Counted from the first letter of the stretch, positions 45,411 through 59,319 are shown. The stretch is 64,000 nt of DNA from the human T2T-CHM13v2.0 reference genome, Homo sapiens (GCF_009914755.1 NC_060928.1), one strand, 5' to 3'. The notes: generated by a model from the letters alone, not told the origin. A program made the numbers and translations.

Positions 45411-46430
45411 TAGTACTATACTCAACATTCTGATATATTTACCACAGTGAAAACCAACACTACTTCATCTAGAAGTTGAAGGTCATAATTTATTGGAAGA
45501 CTTTATTTGAAAACACCTGCACCAATATAAATGTAAAAGGTTCCAAATAGGGTCACATGGATAAAGTCTTTGTTTCTACTCTTTAAAACACCCGACGCAG
45601 CTACCCCAAAGGAGCCTAATGTAACAAAGAAAAAAGAAAATAATTAAAACAAACCCTCTGCTCCTTCAAACCTCAGCACTCTCAGGCATCTGTGCTAAAG
45701 CTTCTAATGGTCTTGATTTCCTGGTCTGCCTAAGTCCAAAAAACAATGACTGATGTTTCTGTTATTTGTGTGGTCTGCTTCTCTGAGTTTACACTGAATG
45801 ATGTGTTGTTCCCCGCTATTTCTGTTCCCAGTCAGCATTACTGCTGAGTTTCAATTACTTTACCTCATCACAAACACTCTGCCACTACTGTCAGCGTTAG
45901 TCTATTCTTCCCATCATGTATATATTTTTTTTTCCCATGGATGTGTGGAAGATTTCTCTTCTGGTGGACAGATCCCTTCTGCTTCTGTGCCTGCTGCTTC
46001 TGCTGTGTGGTCTGTTTGATGAATGTCTGGACTGCTGGCAAGAAGGCAGGCTGCACTCCTTGGCATGAAGCTGAGCGCACTCACTGTGGCAAAGTGACCA
46101 TGCATTACCACACTTGCATTTTAGGTTTCCAGGTATCTTATTCCTTGACATCTTCTTAACTCCAAGCAGAGAGGAGTATTGATTGAAATGTTTAGGATTC
46201 TGGGGCAGATGGATACATTCATGAAAGGGAGGCCCTGAGAGCTGGCACAGACAGACCAAAAATGCAGTCATTTCTCCTCTACCTAGCTCCTCTCATAGTG
46301 GGTTCAGTTGGCATCAAACACCCCTCTTTCCTCCTTTTCTCCAAAAAGACCTGTTCTGGTTTTCAGAAAGACTTGCTTTCATTCCTCAAGAACATTTTTC
46401 AAATTTCCCCATTGTGTTACAGAGGCAGTA

Positions 46431-46570
46431 TCCCTCCCTCCCTCCCTCCCTCCCTCCCTCCCTTCCTTCCTTCCTTCCTTCCTTCTTTCCTCTTTTTCCT
46501 TCCTTGATTCCTTTCCTTCCTCCTACCCTCCCTCCTTTTCTCCTTTCATTCCTTCATTCGTTCTTTCTTT
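46431..46570. repeat. (TCCC)n/(TTCC)n polypyrimidine repeat
   Basis: Direct reading. Confidence 0.95.
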
Positions 46571-46594
46571 GTATTATCTTTATCTGTAACTTTT

Positions 46595-46830
46595 AGTTCA
46601 AAAGCATGGACTTTGGAACCAGACAACCTGAACTGAATTCCAACAACCCCACCTAACAGCTGTATATCATATGGCAGGTTATTTACCCTCTCTGTGTCTC
46701 AGTTTACTGATCTGTAAAATTTGGGTAATAATAGGGTTAATTCTTAGGGTATTCTTATGATTCAGTGAGTTAATATATGTGTAATTATTGCATAGTGAGT
46801 TGTGTTGGCTATTATTCACTCATTTATACA
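46595..46830 (+). mobile_element. MIR
   Basis: agcatggactttggaaccagac...ctctgtgtctcagtttactgatctgtaaaat. Confidence 0.75.
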
Positions 46831-48741
46831 CTTACTTATTTTATAATCCACACCCATATCACATTGACTGAAGACATTTTAGGATTCACTGTGTTAGCTT
46901 TTAAATTTAGAAATGAGAAATATAAATGCAATGCATTAAAAAAATTCTGTGTACATTCACCCCATAAAAATGTAGAAAAAAATAAATAAAAAATATTTAA
47001 AGAAAAAGGCATTTTCCAGAACATGCTTTGGTGTTGACATTTCTAAGAGCAAGAAAGCACAATTATCCAACTCTGAATACTGTTGGCTTTGGTTGCATGC
47101 ACCAGATTAAAATGTGTAGGTAACTAAATACAACCGTAGGTTTTCATTGCAATCTGCTATGTGTATTTTTTGGGTTTTAGTCCCAGCTGTTCAATGTATA
47201 TTTAGTTAAGTAATGTAGCTATGTAAGAACAAGTGTTATGCCTATTTATAAAGGCACATTGTTTTAATTGACTGCACATGTATGTTTTATTTTACTCTGG
47301 GTAGAAAGTACCCAGACTCAAGCCCATTCTGCATGGCTACCTCCAGAATATGTGAGCACACTGGAAGGCAGAAAGTTGATTTTCTCCCATGCTTCCAAAG
47401 ACAAAGGCCTTGGGATGATCTTGGACATTGTTTTTCTAGTGATATTTGTTTTTGTATACAATCATGTAGGTCTTCCTGGAGTTCTGATCACAGCTTTTTT
47501 GCATTCCACATAGTGGATACCCACATGTAGGAGCTTTAAATATGTTGTGAAAAAATTGTTTGATGATATTTCTCTATCTTGAACTTATTAACACATCAGA
47601 ATCCCACCTGTAAAGTGCAGAGAGTATACCTATACTTCCTGCCTCACCAAGATTTTTTAAGCTCCTTCAACCATTGGTCAGATGTCTTTAAAAAAATTTA
47701 AGGATTTTTTTTTTTTTTAAATAGAGCATACTTCCAAGTGCTCTTTGTCACCATACGTAGATTTCTAGGTAAGGTCCATTTTGTTGATATGCTGGGAGAA
47801 ATGCATATTTAGATTCAAAGCCAAATTATCAAGTGGAATATAAGCAGAGCAAATATCAAAGTGTATTTTTAGTACTTTGGCATTTTGACATGAGTTCTTG
47901 CCAATCAGTTTCCTTTTTGTGGTTATAAGCTGATTTTCCTTCCCTGTTAAGAACAAATGCCCTTTATTTTAATGTTTTCACTTGCTGACAGCTTTCTTTT
48001 ATATGAATTTCAAGTGCACTATATTATGTGGAGTTCCTGTTTGGCAAACTGTACCCATGTAAAATCATATTGGTCCTGTCAACTGATAGACATAACTTAC
48101 AAAAAGAAACTCTGATTTGGAAAGCTCCAAAGCTGAAAGTTGGCTATTAGTAAGATTTCATTTGCTTCCATATCTGCATTCTGTTTTTGATGAAATAATT
48201 AAGGATAAAATTTCAGTGGAACATTTTTTAAGGGTACTGAAATACACACTACATGCCTCATTTATATTTTGCTCCAAGAAGTAAAATTCCCATTGCCATT
48301 TGGGAACTAGGAAGAAGGAAGGCGAGAAGTCTAGATGGTACTGGACATGGATATCAAGTATAACAATCAAACCACCTAGAGAACTATAGGCATAGAAATG
48401 GGACAGAGGGTCTTTCATTGCCAGATTACTCAGTAAAATCTGGACTGGATCAGAAGTACTCTCAAGCCATTTGCATCGTACCCTTGGCAAGGGGCCTACT
48501 GAGAGTAAAGTAAGTATGAAATGGGCTGTTCAGCTCCCCAGGGTCACAGCCCATTCATATATCAATGCTGTACTCATTAACAATGTCTTTGGAAATAGAA
48601 ACGTAAGCAAACCGTGTTCTGACCATTCCCTTCTGAATGGACTGAGTTGGCAGGGTGAGCCTTGTCTCTTGCTTCTGTTGACAATCACACGTGGAAAATC
48701 CCAATGTTCAGGATAGTCAATCTGTCATCTGTGGTGAACAC

Positions 48742-48828
48742 CATAAAACAAGCAGTGATGTACTTAGCAAAGCTGCTGACCTTTTGTGAACTAGGATGGA
48801 CGATGTCCTTACAATTGGAGGATGAGCT
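48742..48828 (-). pseudogene. NIBAN-like relic exon SSSSNCKDIVHPSSQKVSSFAKYITACFM
   Basis: Strong acceptor cttttcccccag|AG, weak donor ATG|gtgttc; CK...FAKYI resembles CK...FARFI; entry phase conflicts with the upstream exon (possible frameshift). Confidence 0.55.
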
Positions 48829-49589
48829 CTGGGGGAAAAGAGTCATAAAGATCTCATTAATATACTAGATTTGGGTAACAGTTACAATGAGTGTATGGAG
48901 ACAAAAGAGAAGGGAACTAGCCTCTGTTGGAATCTCAGAGGGCTGGAGCTCTTAAGTAGTTGTAAGAGCAAGGCCGATTTTTCATGCATGGATGCATTGG
49001 GGTTCCTTGTGTATAATATCCATGCATATACATATGTGTACTATATGAAGTCAGGCGTTCCTGTATGATATGAATATAGTTGCAAAAGTGTGACTATACT
49101 GAGGTTAATTCCACAAGCTCTGAACAAAGGTCTCATTCTTTTATGATCTTTTTTTTTTTATAGGGCTGTGGGAACTACAATATTAGTTAAAAGCATTGCG
49201 GTCTGAATTGGGATGCTGGTTTTTGGAAGGCTGGTTGATAGAACGGAAAGAGCTCTGAACTGATTAGTAGGGGACTTTTCTCTCAGACTCAGGTGCACCA
49301 CCCTAAAAGCTGTGTGACAGGAGGAGGTTTCCTAGTCTCTCTGGGTTTCCTTTGCTGGTAGGCGAATCAGAAAGCTGGATAGATGCTTCTGGTCTCCCTT
49401 TTTAAATTTCGTGCTTCTCAAATAATTGCTATGGTGGTGATGTTGGTGAGAATCTTTACCTGGATTTTTATGGAGTTACTCTAATTTCTGAGAGCCTTTG
49501 TCTTCTCCTACCCAAGAAATCCTCCTGCTTTGTGTTTCTTTGAGTATTTTTTAAGAAAGGAAAAAGTGAGGAAAGTGATGAAAAGAGCC

Positions 49590-50300
49590 AGGGCAGTGCG
49601 CTAGAGAAGGAGAGCATGCAGGCGCCGGCAGGGTGCCAAGCTGGCGTCCACGCGGCCCGTGCTCGCTCTGTGCCGCCTGGCAGCCAGGCAGGAGCACCTC
49701 TCGAGAGGGGCGACTGCCCTGCGTCTCAGGCAGGGAACAGCCCAGGGTTATAGCTTCACTTTATTTGTTAAACAAAAGGAGATAATTAAAGGAGCTATAA
49801 AAAATTCCCTCCAGAGCCTGTACTTTCTTTGCACACTGGCGTGGTTTATTAATTGATACAGATTTCCGGTTCAGTTCACCCTGCGCCCGCGGTTGAGCAA
49901 TGATCTGCGTGGTCAGAATTTGTGACTGCGGTGGTCTCGGGGGCGCAGGGCTGTCCGCCATGTGAGGCATGGCTCTTCTTCCCAAGAAAGCCAGTCACGA
50001 ATCCAGATATTCAGGGCACGCAGGACAGAGCAAGGGAGGAAGCCACTGTCGCCGATCTCGCCTAATGCCCCTGGCTTGCTCTCCTCCTTCTTCTTCTGGT
50101 TCCTGTTTTCCTGGTACATTTTATTCCCCTCTTTTCTTCTCCCCCATTCCCTTAAGTAGAGGTGACACAGATCAATACCTTTGATGGAAAGTAATAATCA
50201 GGCCTATTAAGTGACAAAGGTTTACTCTGTAACAGCTGTGCTGGCGGGAGAGGAGAGCTTGTCTGACTAATGAATCATGAAACAATCAGGCAGTAGCCAT
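49590..50300. promoter_or_regulatory. CpG-enriched, repeat-free regulatory candidate
   Basis: Many CpGs against a CpG-poor background; NFI-like CCGGC-N5-GCCAA at 49625-49639; TTTATTAATTGAT and ATCAATA motifs. Confidence 0.5.
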
Positions 50301-50349
50301 TTGTGTTTAGATCTGTAAATATGGTGTGGTTCAAGTGCCAGACCATTGC

Positions 50350-50575
50350 CGGCGCTCCAGCTGGGGGCACAGATGGTCCGCATTCAGAGCAGCACGAGTG
50401 TGAAGAAAGGGTTTTTTCCCTTTCTCTGTCCCACACCGCACCTCTCTGAGCCTACACTCAGTTATCTGCAGCAGGAACTTCAGAGAAAGAAAGGAGACCC
50501 TTTCAGGGGAGGAAGCCCTTCCAATGTGAGTTTCAGTGTAGGTCACCAAATACTCCAGGCTCCTCATTGCTCCAC
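50350..50575 (-). pseudogene. NIBAN-like relic exon (S)GAMRSLEYLVTYTETHIGRASSPE...KGKKPFLHTRAAL...CPQLER
   Basis: Acceptor gtttttcctcccag|GT; phase 1 fits the upstream exon; open frame (ORF 50331-50609); resembles NAVYTFETLL..LGKGPTKE..RKRFFREALL; 3' end uncertain (CCG|gcaatg). Confidence 0.7.
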
Positions 50576-53299
50576 CTGGGAGGAAAAACATGATAATAGA
50601 AGATGTCACTGTTTTTTATTCCCATAAGAAGGTTTGATATGTATGTGACTCTGAATGTCTGTTTGACTTGGCACTGTCAACTATATTCCTTTATATTTTT
50701 CCTACACATTACTATACAAGACCCCCTGTTTTGTTCTTAGCTATAAATGGAACAAGTTGAGAGAAAAATATACATTCCAAGATGAGAAATTCACATTTAT
50801 ATACAAAGCTAAAAATGTTCTATATAAAATTATGCTAATAATGTCTGCTTGGATTCTGTTTCTCCTAGCTCTTGAAGTAAGGAACCTTGTCTTCAAGGGA
50901 TGAGATTATCAAGAATTAGTTCTCCTAACCCACTATGAAACAGGGTTTTGTAGTTTTTTGTTGTTCACATTAGCCAAGAAAGTGTCACTCTTTACTAGAG
51001 CTGGATGCTGAGCTGACATTAAAAAAAAAAAAAAAAAAACATCTTGTCATTGATGTTGTTTGAATCATTTATGTATCTATTAATGTACCGTAATTTCTTC
51101 TGGTGCTCTGATAGCTGTGTTTCTTAACAGTTGCTACTGGAGTCTTTATAGAGCTTGCATTGTGGCACCCTTTCAACCATGAGAAATACATTCTTCACCA
51201 ATTTTTCTCTTTAAAAACATCTTTAAAACATGCAGTAAGAAACGGCTAGTAGGGGGAAAATTATAAATGTTTAGGAATATTTAGGAAAGACAGATATTTC
51301 AAAATATATTCTAGAATCTATTAATACGTTTTCCTTTTAAATTTGGCCTCTTTTATGGGAGGGCCCCACTTTCTCTTGCCTCTCTTGTTTGGATAAATTA
51401 AAGTTTATTAAATAAACAAAGAAGACATTTTTCAGGATGAGCTATTTATACAACGATGGAAGTAAGTCCCATCAATGTTTCAACTAAAGTGCTAAATTGT
51501 AAGTTTGCTTTTGAAATTAAAGATATTTATGGGAGTACTGAGTTGTGATAAAACAGGCCCAAAGCAATCTCCACATAGCTCTGCAGAGCTTCCTGGGGCT
51601 GGCTGGCTTTTGGTTCCCTAAGGATTGGGTGATATGAAGATGCTTTTGATTTGTTGGTCTAAGGTTGCTGGTAATTTCAGTTTATTATTGAACCAGAAAA
51701 CAAGTAGTGAAAAGGGCACAATGAGATTAGAGTACAAGTGTGTGAAAATGGCTTTCCTTTCCCCACCTTTTCCTCAGAGGTACACCCAAGGTTTGGTGGT
51801 CAGGGCAGCCCTTGTGGAGACAGGAACTCAGTTAGGCACGCTCACCACCATCTATAATGCTTAGAATCTCATTATGTGATCAATCTCATTGTCTTCAAAG
51901 GGAAATCTTGCTGTGCCATGGTGACATTTTTTCTTATACCAATTGCTTCTTTGCCTACCAGGTCTATAATAGATCTGGCCATGGCTTATCAGAAGTCTGT
52001 TTTGAAAAACACTGGTGATAGGACCATGACTTGCTCATTACAGATTCAGCTCAATACTCGGCCCCTCTGTTCTAGGTACCTTAAGTACAGCATCGTTCCA
52101 ATACTTGACAAACTTGGGACACTGCCTATACAGAGATAAAGCTTTTGATACTTTCAGTTAACTAGTTGATCTGGCTCATAGTCAGCAGTATTTAAAAATT
52201 TGAGGTCACAAATCTCTGAACATCTGATGGGAGCCAGGGATCCTCTTCTCAGAAAAATACTTGCTCTCATACTTGCATACATAACATTTTATCACCTGGT
52301 TTTAAAGGTTTAGTAATCACCCAGTATCCACTCATGGTTCCCAGGTCAAGAACACTTGTTTCTGTCCTTCTGTGCTTAGTTAGCAACCTAATTAGTCAAG
52401 CCCCATCTTGGCACCAGACCCTTCAGCTCCATCTAAAAATCTTAAGTCACCGTCTTGTTCTCTATACTTCCTGACTCCTAATTTTATTCCTATCCCCTTA
52501 ATTTCTTCTAATCAACTCTTTACTTTCCAATTCATTTTTGCATTATTATCATTAATACCATTCTTATTTTTGCTAATCTTATAGTCTAATTGTTTCTCCA
52601 TTTTCTTTTTTAAAAAACTTTTCTGTTGTTTTTCTATGGTTTCATTAATAAAATAGTTTTTGTTAAGTTTGGCACGTGCTAGGTACTTAAAATACTAATA
52701 GTACTTATATTAGTTAATAATTATTGAAAACCTCATAGGCATTGTGCTAGATGATTTATAACCCCCATTGCTAATCATCACAGCAGTCCTGAAAAGCAGG
52801 TTATATTCCATTGTACTCATTAGGATCCTGTAGATTAAGAAATTGGTATCCTTAATTTTTTTTCCTTAGACTGATTTTGTATTTTTTCTTAAATAAATGT
52901 TTAAAAATTTGAAACTCCATATCACTCATGGAAATACAAAGCAAAAACAACTTGCCAAAAGAGAAAACAACTGTAAAATTAAATACATAAATATTTTTAA
53001 GAATCTGTCTACTGCCAACAATCACCTACTCTATACTCTGTGACATAACTTCGCTCTTATGCCATTCTCTTACCTTCAGTTTGTACCGTTTTTTTCCCCA
53101 TCTTTCACTTCTCCTCCCTGCTCTGCCTCTTTTCTTCTCTTAATTATCCCTATTCTCCTACTCCTACATCCCATCTGCTTGTCTCTCTGAGGCCTTCGAG
53201 TCTATCTTCCTCAAATGTAACATCTGATCACCCTGAGTCACTAGACTGTCTTCAGTCAAGAAACCCAAGCATGTATGCCCTATCTGTGAAGTCTCTTCA

Positions 53300-53632
53300 G
53301 TGCAGATATTAGCATTGAAAAAGCTTAATTCACATCATTCTTGCTCTACCTCTGGGCAGTTGGAAGAGGGTGGTTATGTCCAATTCCCACATAATGTTCA
53401 GATCTAATAGAGACTCCTACTACTTGTTGTATTTGGCTCATTGGCCTGAGAGTTAGGGCATCAGGCTAATTCCAATTGCCTTCTCTCCCATATCTTTAAA
53501 CTTTGGCAAGTTCTCTCCTCAGCCCTGCTTTCTACTAAATGTAGCCTTTTCCTTCAGGTCATCTCAGGCAGTGCCATGACTTTAAATAATTTTTAAGATG
53601 TACTGTTCTCAAACTTCTATTTCTGGCCTGGC

Positions 53633-53664
<32 letters not shown>

Positions 53665-54290
53665 ATCTCTCTCTCTCTCTCTCTCTCCTTTTACACTATT
53701 TCTCTTATGCAGCAGAATGATTTTTCTAGAGTGGAAATAAGATCACATTACTTACTGCTTAAAGACATCCAATGACTTCTTTTGTTACCAGAAAAAAATT
53801 CAAGCTCATTAGTAAAAATCCAAGCTCATAGAGCTGTGGGTCTTATGTATTTTAGTCTTGCTTATCTCTCTGACATTATCTCCCTCAATGTCTGTCTTGT
53901 CCATGAAGCTGCAGCTATACTGACTTTCTTTCTGTAAATGGAACATGCACAATTCATCTCCCTTTTTGGAACTTTGCACTTGCTGCACCTTTTTCTTGGA
54001 AAGTTATTTTTCCTGGTCTCCTTGTGTTTGGTTTCTTCCTGTCCCACTCATCTCAACACAAATGTCACTTCTTCGCTCTATAGAAGTTCACCCAATCCTC
54101 CTTATAACTATTTTGTCTTCATAGCATTTATCAATCTCAAAAGTTTTTCTTAATTAATGTAAGTACTTATTGTTGGCTTCTACTTAGAATGTAACCTCCT
54201 TGAGGACAGAGTCTGCTTGTCTTGCTCCCTGTAGTAGTCTGGAGCTTGGAACAGTACCTAGCAATAATAGGGCCTCAATACATTTTATTT
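53300..54290 (+). mobile_element. L2 remnant containing (CT)n at 53633-53687
   Basis: agaatgtaacctccttgaggacag...cagtacctagca...ctcaatacatt 3' end. Confidence 0.65.
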
Positions 54291-55551
54291 GACAAGCTGA
54301 TTCTTTCTAAAATTCTTTGTTTTTTTTTGTCATAGAGACATGTGAAGTGTTTGATGTAATATCTTATTTCAGGAATATACCAATGGCTTATAATTCCAAG
54401 ATGATTTCAGTTGACAAGCTGGGAGAGAGGCACAGTGAGAAACAGCCTGTTCCACCCAGTAGGTAGCCAGACAGCTGAATAGGGAAAGCTGTCACAAAAG
54501 GATAAAAGGGTGGGTGATAAGCTGGGTTGGGTGTTGGTGATAGAGAAAGGTGTTGGGTAAATTGAATTCTCTTTTTGCCCTGTCTATTTTTGCATCTATT
54601 GAATACTTTTTCTAAAGATTATTCTGGAGGCTAGAATCTATTTAGTTGATTTCTGTAGTATTTTTAAATTGCACTTTGTTTATATATTATCCTTGACTAC
54701 TTGGTCCAGTTTTTAGCTTTTGTTTACTAAAATCTTTCAATTAGTGATATTCATCTCTTTTTTTGTCTTTCTCCTATATTCACTTTTATTTGCTAATTAT
54801 TTGAAGCTTTCAGTGAAAAAACACACTTAGCATAGTAAAAAGAACCAATTTTGAAATTCCAGCCTTGAGGTTTACTGTTGTTTTTACTTCAGGTCAAACT
54901 GAGCCTCAGTTTCTCTGTGAAATTTGGAAACCTTGTGAGATTATTACTTCCACCATAGTTGAGTGGTACTGAGTGGCCATGGGATATTTGGAATATGGCT
55001 GAGGGAAGTTAAGTTGGAGACACATTTTGTTTGGGTTTAGTGGGACATAGATATGTAGTTTGCAATCACTTCTAGGGGTAGTTAAATTATTGTAGGATGT
55101 CTTGGTATGAAAACATCTTCTGATGCTGAGCTGATTTATCCCTCATTATGACACAAAAGAACAAGGCCAGAGGTTGTGTTCTATGAAGCCTGTCATTAGA
55201 ATAAATGGGTATGAAGGAAAAGCAGATTTAAAATGTATGGAGCCAGAAGCTAGACTGGATTATTCTAGATTCTGTGATACTTATGGTGTTTGTCAGCTTT
55301 TGAATTATATGATCTGCTTTTATTTTCTGATTTACATATTTATTCACTTTTATATCTAATTCTTGTTCATATATTAGTATTCCTTTTCTTCCCAAATTAT
55401 ATCTGCTTTAGGCCCTATAAAAACCTCCATCAACTCCCATTTAATGGTAAACATTTTTAAGGCATCCAGGCTGTTTTTAGGTTTAAACTTGTTTTCATAA
55501 AACCCATTTCAGGTGTGGAAGAAATTGAATTTGAAGGAACCCCCAACATAC

Positions 55552-55822
55552 TATAATTCCATGAATTTTGTGCTATTGGTAGAAGAGATTTTAGTTTTTC
55601 CCTAAAGTTCTATTATTTTGTAATTGACAAAAAGAAAGTGTTTTTGCAGCAGGCCATCTCTGTGTGGCTCCAGGGCAAGAGCAAGAGGTTGCAGGGGTTT
55701 CTGGTGTTGGAGTCCACTGAGCAACTTTTATATGCATTTGTCATCTGTGTAACCCTAGTCTCTTACACCTGCTGGGGCTGAAGTAAAGCTTCAAGGCAGC
55801 ATTCGAGATAAGGAGACAAGAC
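55552..55822 (-). pseudogene. NIBAN-like relic exon VLSPYLECCLEALLQPQQV*ETR...LLLPWSHTEMACC...AQNSWNY
   Basis: Acceptor gaattccag|GTC, donor TATA|gtatgt; 271 nt, phase 0-1; three in-frame stops; resembles VQPYIPSILEALMVP..EVR..LAYHPLKMQSC..AQ. Confidence 0.75.
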
Positions 55823-55849
55823 CTGGAATTCACAGAGCTATTCATTGCA

Positions 55850-56090
55850 ACCATCCTCACTACCTACTGAACTTCCAGTTGCCCTTTCCTACTTAATTGT
55901 TCTCTAATGCACTTACCACCATGCCTTGTTTTATTAAATGATTTAGTGTTTAGTGTCTATTTCCCTCAACTAAATGTAATTCAGTGATGACGATGACATT
56001 TTACCTGTTTTATTCACTGCTAATTCTCAGTTCCTAGAAAAATACCTGGCATATAGTAGATGTTTAAAAAAATTGTCGAATGAATGAATG
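55850..56090 (+). mobile_element. L2 3' end
   Basis: tattcactgct...cctagaaaaatacctggcatatagtag...gaatgaatgaatg. Confidence 0.75.
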
Positions 56091-57001
56091 CCAACATTAG
56101 TAGATGGCGTATCATGTGATGCCATTCCATATCTTTTCAAGATAACACCATTTATTTTCTCCACTTGCATAGGTTAAGTCAAGGTCCAGATTAAAAGGTA
56201 CATACTCCTCATTTTTTTTTCTTTAAACCATCTTTGCAAAAATTTCCTCATTTTTCATATTGAAGCAAGCTCTATAACATTTTTTATCTCCATCTCTTCA
56301 CCTTATCTTATCACTTCTGCTATTCATTAATAAGGTGGGAGTGTATTTGGATTGGAACATTCAAGGTGAACATTAGTGTGCCTCTTCAGATCTTCCTTTT
56401 CTTTAAAGATTATTTTACTTTTTTATTATAAAAGAATATATTATCATAATTAAAAAGTCAAACACATCAGAATTATATAATAGCTCCACTCCTCTGACTC
56501 TACTTCTGCAAAAATGACCACTGCTTGGAAATTGTTTTATAGCCTTCTTATATCTCTTTTTTTTCCTGTTTATAAACTGTCAACTATTTTGCTAAACATT
56601 CACATTGAACAGAGAGGCTTACTTTGAAGAAATGCAAAGAGTCAATAAAACACATGGTTCCTTGACCTTGAGAAATTTAAAACTTCAATATGGAGATAAG
56701 AAAAATATATGAATAAGAAAATACTTTTGAAGAGGAATACAAGCAATTAGTAATTAATTCCATGAAAATGGGAAGCACAAGGGCTGGAAGACAAAGAACA
56801 ATTGAGCAAATGTGGCCAAATGATATGAATTGAGGAAGAGTACCTACTGGTATCACATTATAACAACATGGAAATAAGCAATCCTTTATCTTTCTATAAT
56901 GCTTTTCTTTCCAAAAAGTTATTTCAAAAAGTTTAACTAAAGGATATTCTTTTTACATGTATAATGTAAAAAAACAGATTATTCCCCCTTAAAGCAATGA
57001 C

Positions 57002-57062
57002 CGCCACTGCTTTAAACTGCATTTTGCATTTTGGTGATTCTGATGGCTATATTGATATGAGT
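57002..57062 (-). pseudogene. NIBAN-like relic exon (Q)LISI*PSESPKCKMQFKAVA
   Basis: Strong acceptor ttacctttccacacag|A, degenerate donor GCG|gtcatt; 61 nt, phase 2-0, bridging its neighbours; one stop. Confidence 0.5.
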
Positions 57063-58196
57063 CTGTGTGGAAAGGTAAACAAAAGTCTGTTCATATCAAT
57101 GTAACCAAGAAAGGAAAAAAATATCCTTTTGGGTGGCAGGAATAAGGATTTACATGCATATAGATTATAATTTAAAATTGACTTCTGAATTTGTCAAGCC
57201 TTTTGACCTGTATTCAGAGCACTCTGAGAGGGCTCATGCCAGCAAGTCACAATACTGTATTTATCAGCAGCCACCTACAGAGCTTAAGTGTCCAGCTGCT
57301 ACTTTTTTCTTCTTCTGATCCATTGGTACTTTTTATCTAAAATGCCTGTAGACCAAAGAGCATTGACTAAGAAAAGAGAGCAAAAGTGTTTTCCTGCAAT
57401 CATTATTTTATTGGGACAAAAGAGCAGAGTTTTCTGAATCAACCTTAAGAAGTACAGATATTGAACATGTTAACAATACTAGTGTTTTTCCTAAAAACCA
57501 CATTACACCTCACCTCACTGGCTCTATTGAATGGAATGTCATGTCAAATGAAAGGAAATAAAGAAGCCCAAACTGCTTATTCGAACAAGGTGCCATCAAT
57601 AATGCCCACATGGGCGATTGTTCCCTGATTTAAGAGCTTGTCTACTTCATGCATCCACTTAAAGGCCTTTGGATAGAAGAAAACACACCCACCCAAACAG
57701 AATGTTAAATTAAGAAAGATTCATTCCCATTCTACTGCCCCATTCCTTATGCAGCCAATTTCCTTTGCCTATCTCTCTCTCATAGCATTCATTCTATTGA
57801 CCATTTGTAGTATTGAATTAACGATGTGCAATTTGTGCTTCTAAACTTAGACCCTGTGCCTATGTATTTACATATAATAGGACCTTTGTTCTAATTTTTA
57901 AATAAAAATGTTTGCTTTTGGAAGGCGTCTTAGGAAGATCAATCAGGGAAGAACACAGCTGGCTTTTGAAAGTTGAGTTTCTATTTAAAGTTTCCTGCTA
58001 TTGCCTTGACAATTTTATTATTATCAAAGCATTTGAATATTAGATATGACGATGAACACTCACTGCAGGGAAGAGAGGAGCAGGAACGTAAGTGGGAGGG
58101 GGCCACTAACAATTGTGCCCCCCGTTGTAGCCATAATAATTTAATATTCTCATACTGGGAGGCTCCATTTTTCTTGCCCTATATGGAGCTACTCAC

Positions 58197-58247
58197 TGGA
58201 TGTGTTGTTTCCTTTTGGCCAAACTATCAGGGTCTCCCTTGAACAGC
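58197..58247 (-). pseudogene. NIBAN-like relic exon (R)LFKGDPDSLAKRKQHI
   Basis: gtctttacag|G ... CCA|gtgagt; 51 nt, phase 2-2; resembles VIRTDMDQIITSKEHL. Confidence 0.75.
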
Positions 58248-58541
58248 CTGTAAAGACTTCAAATAAAGAATCATGCTGATAATTGCCTAAGGGCAGGATT
58301 TTTGTTTTGCCTAGGAGTCAGTAATTTAACTGTTACACTGAGGGAGGCTTCTGGGTTTTGAATAGAATTTCTTTCAAGATTGTATTAAAGTTGTTGGTAG
58401 ATCAATAGTTTTTCATCTTGGTGACTATTTGTCTCCTCTCAAAAACTAGGGATTACACAGTCACTAAGTGATACAGACTCTAGATGTATTGGAGTTGCCA
58501 CATGCCGATGGCCCTATTCTGTTTGTTCTGTACTTTGTGGC

Positions 58542-58544
<3 letters not shown>

Positions 58545-58590
<46 letters not shown>
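58545..58590. repeat. (AT)17(GTAT)3 microsatellite
   Basis: Direct reading. Confidence 0.97.
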
Positions 58591-59319
58591 AGTTTATGCA
58601 GTGGATTTAACTCTTTCATCTAGATTTTTGCTCAATATCAGATAGGATTTAAAGCTGTTATGTTAAACATGTTAAACAGAAGAGGCAGATTATTTTTTCA
58701 TGTAATTCCTACTCTTGTATTTTTCCTGGTATCAATGTAGAGGATAACCTCCCTGAAGTCTTTAAGGCATTATTGTTTTAAAAAAGATTCACGAGCCCAG
58801 CTGACCTTGGCATAGTATGGTATAGAATATACTATAAATAGGATTTGTCTCAGTCTTTATCCCTGAGCACATGAACGATTTTGTTATATTTTTTACCATA
58901 ACATTGTACAGCAACAAACATGGGGAAAATAGGTGTAACAATGAGCTCCAGGGTATTTCTGAGAGATAAAAAGAAAAATAAAGATTAATAGAGTTTCTTC
59001 TTTGCAAAATTGTTTTAGACTGAGAAATGGGGGTTTATCCAAGGTTATGAATGTTAGAGTGAAGTGTTAAATTAGGGGAACCTAATCACTATGTAGCTTT
59101 TGATTATCATTAGTTGTCTCTAAGACACGCTTAAAAAAGAAATATTAGTAGAGCTATGAAGCATTTGGTTCTTTGTTTTTATTGATTTCAATCCAAACAG
59201 TGGGAAACTCTCAAAGAAAATGCCTAGCTTGAAATACCACATTGCCATGGGAAAGTGGATATTGCAGTTATTTATTTTTTTCAACTGCTGAATTTATTTT
59301 AGGATTTCAAAATCTTTAC

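Noticed and set aside
46262-46596. Pro/Ser/Leu/Phe-rich ORFs
   Set aside because: Translations of the (TCCC)/(TTCC) simple repeat
50270-50345. IFTDLNTN resembling Niban IFEDF/IFADHTN just past the 50350 exon end
   Set aside because: Needs extra frameshifts, and the same region is better explained by the 48742-48828 exon; kept only as an alternative
57270-57347. Alternative minus-strand exon after acceptor ctctttggtctacag (HFR*KVPMDQKKKK)
   Set aside because: No good donor, and a poorer fit in phase and similarity than 57002-57062; cannot be fully excluded
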